A stretch of DNA of 64,000 bases. It comes from Auanema rhodensis (lineage: Eukaryota > Animalia > Nematoda). The notes under the pieces were generated by a model. The model saw nothing but the letters and a program-made list of their open reading frames with translations, was not told the origin of the DNA and ran no database searches. Numbering within the stretch: the stretch's first letter is position 1; every line of letters starts with the position of its first letter. Positions 55,164-64,000 of the stretch are shown here, in pieces. A program made the translations under genes and the position numbers. Location: the NCBI GenBank assembly GCA_964057225.1, contig OZ059894.1, forward strand, positions 17,360,001 through 17,424,000, given 5' to 3'.

Positions 55164-55335
55164 TTCCCACGCTGGCACGATAGGGGGCGGAGCTAACATC
55201 TACAAATGGGCGGAGCAGCTGATGGCTTGCGATGCTGTTTCATGGTTATTTCCACCTGCTAGCAGTCAACCAGCCGGTTTATTTTCTCCCAGCTTCGAAA
55301 CCAATTAAGGAATCTATTCAAGCCTAGACTTGTAT
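55164..55335 (+). promoter_or_regulatory. Proximal promoter of the BH3-only gene: CSL site, two GC boxes, E-boxes, p53-like element
   Basis: TTCCCACG (CGTGGGAA) at 55164, GGGCGGAGC at 55185 and 55208, CAGCTG at 55216, CACCTG at 55253, ATTCAAGCCT-AGACTTGTAT at 55316-55335. Confidence 0.55.
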
Positions 55336-55344
55336 TCTGAACAA

Positions 55345-57181
55345 ATGATTGTAAGTTCTTTTTTTTGGTTTTTTTCTGTTTTTTCAACATTTTCCCTTCG
55401 ATCTTCTTGCATTTTCACGTAAACTGTTCATTTATATATTACATTTATTTATTGAAAATGACAAAATATGAATTAATTTTTCATAAAAAACGCAGAAAAA
55501 ACATTGAAAATGAGTTTTTTCAATAAAATTTCCTTTTTTCCTTTTTTTAAATTTTGCTTATTCTTATGATACTTAATATTTTCAGATGTTCACAATACCT
55601 TCTACATACCGAGACAGTGGCTATAATAGTCCTTGCTCTCCATCCACTTCAACAAGCTTCGACACACCCGTACGAGCTCAAAGGTTCGCCGCCGCAATCC
55701 GACAAAAATTGGATTTTTCCTCATCATGGTCAGTCAGTACTGTCAGTGTGGCCACCCAAACAGGTGATTTATTCATTTTTATTGTTTTTAAAGGGTTTTT
55801 AATGGTTTTTCCTTTCATGTATCAGATCATAGACCTCCCTCTAATGAAATATTATAAAGATTTCATTAGATCTCATAACCATATAGTATAAATATAAACA
55901 TCTAAAATATAAGATTTTCCTATTTCATTCTGCTATTCTTTTTATTTTACCGACTACTGTTATACACGGTTAATACTATGAAGAAAACAAAAGGCTGTAT
56001 ATAGCGTGCCAATATGCTTTTCATAGTCATTCGGTGAGATCTAAAAGAATTTTCGAAGCTAATCTCATAGTTATACAGTAGCTGCTATTTTGTTTATTCA
56101 ACTCCTTTCTGCTCATCTTTCCGAAACTGTCTTCAGCTCGTTTTTTTAACGTAAAATCCACTTGTTCACCTATTCATGTGAAATGATGCGGAAATCAGCT
56201 GTAATATGAGTGAACCTGTCTTTAATAAGATGTTAAAAGCTGCCAATTAAGCTGACCTCTGGGTGTATTGTGCAGACGATTAGGAAGACCATTTAACCTT
56301 ATTTTCTATTAATAAGACAGAGCAAATGACATCTATGCTCAAATCTCTATTTATTTATTTTTATCTTTGTTATTTCAGTATATTTGGATCCCATTTGCAA
56401 GCGGATAGCCAACCGTTTATCTCAATTAAGCGACGAATTCGATCAGGAATATTTCCAACCAATAGAAAAGGTAAATTTTAAAATTTCTATTCAAAATCTT
56501 CGCTAACTAATCCTATTAAATGAAAATTAGCATATTATGATTTGCATAATTAAGTAAAAGTTATGAAACCTATTCAAGCATAAAGTTTATATAGTTAATA
56601 ATTTAGAACAATACGAGCTAGGATTAACTTAATACATAATAGCCTTATTAGGAGAATCATTACTAAACGATGTATCAATAATTTCAAAACATGTTGTATT
56701 CTATCAACTCTATCCCTTTCTCTTATAGCTTACCGATTCATTCAAACCATCTGCCTATTTCGTAGTTGTGTTCAAAACTCATTGACGCTGTCTCAAGCCT
56801 AGAACATGAACAACCACTGACCTTGGGCTTTGTTACTCGGCCATATTTTCTCCTTCTTGTCTACTGTTGACTAAATAACAAGTACCGGAAACACATGAAA
56901 GAATCTTTAGTATAGTTAGGCATAGTTAACCCTTTGATCGTATTGTTTTACTGAGAAAATACTTGAGATTTACTTGTAATATAGCGTATCCTCTCATACT
57001 TACGCCTATTGCTTTCAAGTTTCTTCATACAATATTACATAGATTACCGTACTTGATATATGACCTAAATGAAAATTATATTTACTATAAATATTTTATT
57101 AATATTTTATATTTTCAGGAATGCTCCAATGATTCTATCATATCAATTTTGGAAAATGTGATCAAGTTGTTATTGTTCTAA
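55345..57181 (+). CDS. BH3-only pro-apoptotic protein (EGL-1/CED-13 class) with BIM-like motifs, 112 aa
   Basis: Exons 55345-55350, 55586-55763, 56379-56470 and 57119-57181 splice in phase. BH3 IANRLSQLSDEFD, upstream DSGYNS and VATQT, tail IISILENVIKLLLF*. Confidence 0.8.
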
Positions 57182-60100
57182 CTTCTAAATCTACTATAGC
57201 TATCATACAAATCACATCTGTGCCAAAGGCTACATCTATCAACCAGCTCTTCTCTAAGTCATTCAAAGCAATTTGTGCAACATGATTTTTTGGGCCATTT
57301 TTGCCTAGTTATGTACATACAAAATAAATATATTCAATTTTACAATTTGTTTTCTTAAGTATTTTAAGATAAATATGGATAAGCTTGAGCTTAACCTTAC
57401 ATACATGATACAATTACTTAATATTTTCTTATTTGGATATTTATATATAGATTAATCTGTCAGTAACTATACTTGATACTCATTCTCAGCAGTCTGAATA
57501 AATAATCTGTGTAAGCTTTAGTTGAGAAGTCTGAAAAATGAGGAATATCCTTGTCACCTCGACTCCCACCTGTGTCAATATGCCACTACCAGCCTATCCC
57601 AGAATCCCATCATTTTACCAATATGTATATTGAAAATAATAGTTTATGAACAAATAAAGAAGTAATTAACTAATTTTTGATGATAAAACTGATTAATAAA
57701 TCTTTTAAATATATACAGACAGACACAATTATGATATGTAATTCAAGATTTCATCACAATAATTCTTGAGGTAATTGAATCTTCAGCTGTTATGGCCGTA
57801 TCTTCCTCGTCCTATACTCTCTACCTCATTTCAGACTGTTGTTCTGACACCTCTGTTTTGAGAGAGAAGATTAGCACCTGTGTGCAACACATGTCCTTAT
57901 AATATGAACATATGTATATATGTTCGTACTGAAATCATCTAGAGTATCAAATTTACCGTAATCCAATAATACATCATTGCCTATTTCTGTTTCTATTAAT
58001 CCATTTACATAAGTAACTATAGAATGTTCATAGCCATAGGCAACAACGAAAAAAAAGATTATGGATTACTGCATAATCTACTATAGATACATAGATGAAT
58101 GTATCTCAACTGACATCTGGCAAATATGTCTATCATGAACTATTCTTTCAATCTCTCATTCAAAAACTCACACTCTCATGTCTCTCTTTTCCTTTTATCT
58201 AGTAAAGTGGTCAAGATTTGACATCAATCACCGTTTTTTGCTCTTCCTATGTCATGCTCATTGTACATTCGTCACTCTCAATCGCCTAATTCTTATTACG
58301 ATTACACACAAAAACGCCTCAGGGGTTTTGCACCAGATGCCGTTCTCGAACAATCACATATGGAAATAGTCCTGTGCTTCAGCTCAACATATATCCACAT
58401 AAGATCAACCAGCTGGTTATATAGCTATTTTCTAACAATAGTTTAGATTATAGAACACAATACTTTGTCATTTATTCTTCTTGAAAATCATTCATCGGCA
58501 TCCTCAATGCCTTCTATATTCATGTGCATCTCTTCCGTTGATTTATTTTATTACAGATGTGAAGAAACAAATTTTCCTCAAAAATTTCACTTTCTATCCT
58601 ATTTCTCGTAACCGCTTCTCATGTAGTACCTTACTGATATTTATGTTTCTTTAATTGTTTTCTCTAACAATTAGCAACATTTCATTTTGTAATTAATAGA
58701 TCTTTCTTAAACCGGCATCTTAAATAGGCTACGATTTCGTGTGAAATAGTAAGAACTAATGGTATTTAAAGAAATTTCTTAAACAACTTCAATGTTCAAG
58801 ACGGAAATCTCATATAAGGTTTACTTGTTAGTAAAGCAAATGAAAGTGCTACGGTATCACATTCATCAAATTTGACATAATGAATTTCATGTGTCGGGAC
58901 TTACCGAAACAGCTCCTTTGACGATCATAAACTAAAAATTACGTTGCTTTCCATATTAAATCATCAGCTGTCTTGTAGGTTAGGATCATAAGTGTGCCGC
59001 CGCAGCGTAACATACCCTAGAGACATCATTACCGTAATCGTCAAGACAAGGCGCACACGACAGACGTTAATTCGAAAATAACGGCGCATGAGCTTTGTTC
59101 TTGCTCATTATAGTCATAAAGAATAAGAAAAACAGAAGAAATATGACCAAAAACAGTTAATTGGTTGTCTGATTACATAATTCAGACGAGTACCGTCAAA
59201 CAACAACAATCAGTGAGTGACAGCAACAAAAACTTACCGAGCTTTAGTTGTATAGTGGAGAACATTTTCTTATAATAAGCGATGTAGTAGAGATCAGATT
59301 ATACCATAATATTCAAGAAACTATTACTACTCTACTTTTCTTTTTTAAATATTATAGAAAATCCCTATATAGTCAGTTCTTCCCTTATGGTTGAAAAACG
59401 GACATTCGGTTTTTATGCCACACGTTACATTTCCGTTGAACCATATTTCATCGTTTTGCTCTTAATGGCTATAGGTTTGATCTATGACGGTACGTCGACA
59501 GCCGATTTCCATATTCAGCAACATGCCGCTCAGTTTCTTTGCCGATCTATTGTGTATAGGATTCGAATCTTGCATAATAAAGTGACAGATCGCATTACGC
59601 AAATTTTGTTTGTGTTTACAACAGCTTAGACCAGTTTTTATCCGAAAAATTATTTTTAAGGGCTTTCAATAAGTTTTATACAATTACATAATACCGGAAA
59701 GAAGAAAATGTGTGAATAGAGTTTATGGTTCAAATATTTTAAAAAGGAATTTTTTTTTGTATTTTTTTTTGAAATTGAAACATTAGACACATTACATAAT
59801 CTAATATAAACTAATTAAATTGAATTTAGTCATCTAGAAACCATGAATATAATTGAGTAATAGGCAAACAATACATGCCTCGACGTCTACGTGACACACC
59901 TGTCTCCATTATCTGTAGACTAAATTCATTAGAATCATTACTATGAAGCTGAACCATTTTATAGCTCAATATAAGGATGCTTCCGGAAGGTCGTTCGGAA
60001 ACGGACTTCCTAACTCTCGTTAATTTCGCGCATTCAACTGCAGAATTACGAGATATTATCCATACAGAGACAACCATAAGCAGTCTTGTTCAATTATGAA

Positions 60101-61328
60101 CAACAACAGCGTTAGAACAATAATGGACGTCCTCACACCTGCATCTCGACAATGGAGTATAGAGAATGAAGAGAGTGCTAACAAGATAGAATGAGAAGTA
60201 CTATATAGAGGATTAGATGGCCAATAGCTCTCATTATGATTTGCAAATTTCATATGGTGGCTCTTCAAAATATAATATTAATGATATCTAGAGTAATTAA
60301 CTATGAACCAGCTTCATTTGTTTTTTTTTAAATCTTAATATTCGTTTAAACAAAAATATTCAGAAGTCAAATAAAAAAGAATTTGAAATATTCTGTGACT
60401 TCGAAAACATTCGAAACCGGAAATTGACTCTTGGGATCTGAAAATGATACAGGGATGTCCTTTTAGTAATATTAACGAGGAAAAAACCTTGAATAAACCT
60501 TAGAATACGAATAATGATGTATTATGCTGAGCATATAGGAAGATATCATGTTCCTATTTACTTATTTGTTTAAACAAATGATTGTTATTTGCCAATAAAC
60601 GTGATTGTTAGTAGAAGGGCATCAAAATTGACACCTAATCATGCAATGTTATAACTCAAAAATACATAGTTCTGTTGTGCGCGAGAATGAGCATAATCTT
60701 AATACCACATCATAAAGTACTTCTTAAAATATCAATAATGAGGTCAGGAAGGTTAACGAAACTTTAATTTTGCTTATATTCTAATTAGCATAATTCACAA
60801 CGAAAATTCTCCTTCAGTTTTTCAAACCATTTTCCATCTAAGCTTGAAGCAGAGCGGTTGATTTTTAGACAGTTCGACTGTGGAACTTATTTTCGGTAAT
60901 TTTCGAAAAAAATTTTCCTTTCGCTCACGGTGTGGGATGTAAGTTAATATAGAAATATCTTTAGCTTGAGATGTATCAATATATCATTGATATTTGATTA
61001 TCAAAATAAGGATTTGGCGCGAAAATCTTCGCAGGCATGATTTTGATGTAATCTTTTCATTTTTATCCTGGAGCAACCTAGAGATAGGTGACTTTTATTA
61101 TTTTTTAAATTAATTTTTTAAATGTTTTTATTTAATAGTAATACTTTGGAATTATTCAATCAATATACGATTAAGACCTTTCAAGACCGCATTAACTGAA
61201 AAAGAGCTATTATTTTCTTTTTATATCTTATGTAGTATAATAATGTGTTAAATGTATTCTCACTGTATGTATACGTTTAGGTTTTTCATTATATTTATGT
61301 TTCAGAGGTTTCTATTTTACAAGTACTC

Positions 61329-61939
61329 ATGACCAACGCTGAGTTTAACAGTACTGTGTTAGCTCCTGTATTTTTCCCTTCTGCTCTCTCTCCTTCCAAG
61401 ATGGTAGAAGGTATGCGTTTTTTATAATTTCTATATTTAACTTTATGTTCAGAAAGCGTTAACAAATACGAATCAACATTTGCTGATAAAAGGAGTTGTT
61501 CGAAATCCTCAGGTATATTGCTGTTACATTAATTATTACAAAATTATTCATTTTAGATTTTCATAATAATTGTAAATGTTATAAGTGTGTAGATATAGAT
61601 ATGCGTATGTTTTTTTTTAATTTTTAGACAATTGGTTTTTATATTTCATTGCAGACCATTTGGCTCTCTCTCCGGAGGTATATAGAAAGCGGAACAAAGA
61701 AATTGCTCAACTTTTATACAGGAAAACAGAAGAATTTGATAAGACATACTTCAATTCAGGAGTTAAATTGTCTTCAGTAGGTTCTTTCAATTGTTTCCAA
61801 ATTAATTACGTTTTTCAGCTCTGGGGATGTTTTGTGGACCTTTCAGCAAAAATTGTTTTAGATTATTTTCTATAATATTAGCATTTACAATTTTTAGATT
61901 CTGTACAATCATTCTTGTTGTTTTGCATTCCTTGTCTAA
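61329..61939 (+). CDS. Small protein with a degenerate BH3-like motif (probable paralog of the BH3-only gene)
   Basis: Exons from the ATG at 61329 splice in phase to HHLALSPEVYRKRNKEIAQLLYRKTEEFDKTYF. Last exons are ambiguous (stop at 61875 or 61939), hydrophobic either way. Confidence 0.6.
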
Positions 61940-62511
61940 TCTATTCGTCAATATTCGTATCTTTGTAAGATTCTCTATTTCAGATGTTCTATAGTTTTAA
62001 TTCTAATACCGTGTTTGTATTTGCATCTTACAAATGTTTTAAGTTTCTTCCGGAAATGCTTTAGGAATATATGGTGCCTTGTTTCACTTTTTTAGTGATT
62101 TCATATCTTCATACGTCTACTGTCTTTCCTTCATCCAGCATGTAATAATTCGTCTTGCTAGGTTGAGCTGAAGTTTATACATTACCCTTCATTGAAATCC
62201 TTTGGTGAATGTTGGTTAGCTTTCTCATATGTACATAACATTGATATTATTTTAAAGATAATTAGTTCTTTATTCTGTATTATCCGTAGGATTGTGTTTT
62301 TGTTACCATTCGTTTAGTATTGTGAATTCTATGCGAAATTGAATAAAGTCTGCTTCGGCAAACTATGTTTTGTATGGTGCTCCTTCACGCTCGGTGTGTT
62401 TTATATTGGTCGCAAGCTGGATTTGAAATATCTTTATAAGTAGTAAATTCGATAGTTATATTAAGTATCAATGAGTTCTTTTATGAAATTATTATTTTTT
62501 CTGTTCAGCTC

Positions 62512-64000
62512 ATGTTCTTTCGATATAAATTAAACCATAGCATATGTAGGAGATTTTGTGTTGATAATGTAAGCAGGTTAGAAAATGATTCTTGGTTTTA
62601 TGTTCAATCATTTTGGTATTTAGATCATTCGATGTCGATTTAGTTAGTTCAAACTTCGCAAAAAGAACAGAATGGGCTTCAGCCAACTTTGGCAATTCAG
62701 GTAACGGCATATTTCATGATAAAGTCATGTAATATTGTTTCCAGGAGCTCCATTTCGTATGGTTCTTCCTCCGCCAAATGTTACCGGAAAGTTACATATT
62801 GGACATGCATTAACTGTAGTAGTTGAGGATTCAATTTGTAGGCATCATCGAGCGAAAGGAGGCGTTGTAATATTATATTTATTATGTGTTGCTTTATAAA
62901 TCTTTAGGCTATATGGACACCTGGATTTGACCACGCTGGTATAGCTACTCAATCAGTTGTTGAAAGAGAGTTATGGAAGGCAGAAAAAAAATTACGACAT
63001 GATTTGAGTCGGGATGAATTTATATCGGAATGCAAAGCTTTTTCGACCAAGTATTTTATATTGAAACATATATATTTCATTATTCTTTTAAGAAATGCTG
63101 AAGTGATATCGTCTCAATTGAAACGCATGGGTGCTACATTAGATTGGGAAAATTCGTACTACACTTTAGATGATGTAAGCCTTTATATTTATAACATTGA
63201 ATTTATAATCACCGATTTGATAGAAATTCTCTTCTGCTGTAACGAGAGCCTTTGTCAGCCTTCATAAAGATAATAAAATATTCCGTGATAAAAGAATTGT
63301 TCAATGGTGTCCCCAGCTTCGAAGCTCTCTCTCTGATCAAGTAAGATAAGTTTTAAACTCAATTAGTGGGGAACAGAGTTAAGGAAGTTGAACGACTCGA
63401 TGTGGGTTCTGGAGAAGTTCTAACGATTAAAAAATCTGAAGGAGGTAGTAGATCAGTTAAGGTTGGGGTGATGCATAAAGTGAAATATATGGTGAAGGAT
63501 TCTCGTGACTGGTTAGCCAATTTGAAAATTCTTTTTATTTCAAATGTTTAGCTTAGAAGTGGGGACAACACGTCCTGAAACCTTATTTGCTGATGTTGCT
63601 CTAGCTGTGCATCCTTCCGATTCCAGATATTCAAAGTTTTATCTCGTAGTAATGCAATTACGTTTTGAAATTTTTTTAAGGTTTATTGGGAAGTTGGTGG
63701 AGCATCCTCTTATCGGTGGTCGCTTCATGCCTGTAATTGCTGATGAAAGCGTTAAAATGGATAAAGGAACCGGTAAAAGTTTAATAGCAATGCTTTCATG
63801 ATTTTTCAAATTAAGGAGTTGTAAAAATTACTCCTCATCACGATGGTCTAGACTTTGCAATTGCTTCAAGACATTGGGACGAAATTTCTTCTGTTGATCT
63901 TTCTAGCAAAAATAGGTTAGTTTTTACTTTATCACTTAGGCTGTAAAGTTTTTAAAAGCTTTAATATTCACGTTAATTCTAATTTTACATTATTCATCTG
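62512..64000 (+). CDS. vars-1: Mitochondrial valyl-tRNA synthetase, 5' part (runs off the window)
   Basis: Presequence-like [30 protein letters not shown] (HIGH), [56 protein letters not shown]. Confidence 0.93.

Noticed and set aside
57863-57876. AGAGAAGATTAGCA match to the U6 snRNA core
   Set aside because: Only 14 nt, and the flanks do not match U6.
1-64000. Transposase/RT, CRISPR array, rRNA, telomeric TTAGGC arrays, DNA-elimination motifs
   Set aside because: None were seen by eye; degenerate elements would need a repeat-library search.

Overview
AT-rich eukaryotic DNA from a compact rhabditid-type nematode genome (about 40-50 nt GT..AG introns, TTTTCAG acceptors, operon-like spacing); the species cannot be named from the sequence. 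The ORF track is mostly exon fragments, so gene models were spliced by hand. Left to right: a large secreted TIL/cysteine-repeat protein (-), two WAP-domain paralogs (-) flanking a possible 28-aa micropeptide gene, a basic protein with PP1-docking motifs and a DREAM-type promoter (+), FOUR co-oriented, highly diverged LRPPRC-family mitochondrial PPR genes (+) interrupted by an antisense Ly6/three-finger gene and hosting an intronic tRNA-like promoter plus C/D snoRNA, astacin nas-3, a ground-like gene, an atypical G-alpha, purple acid phosphatase (-), an APX-1/Delta-like Notch ligand, a ~10 kb gene-poor region holding a BH3-only gene with BIM-like motifs (DSGxxS degron, TQT, BH3, hydrophobic tail) and a perfect CSL site in its promoter, a second degenerate BH3-like paralog, and the 5' part of mitochondrial valyl-tRNA synthetase. 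The strongest candidates for new biology are the BH3-only pair next to the Notch ligand and the LRPPRC paralog cluster.
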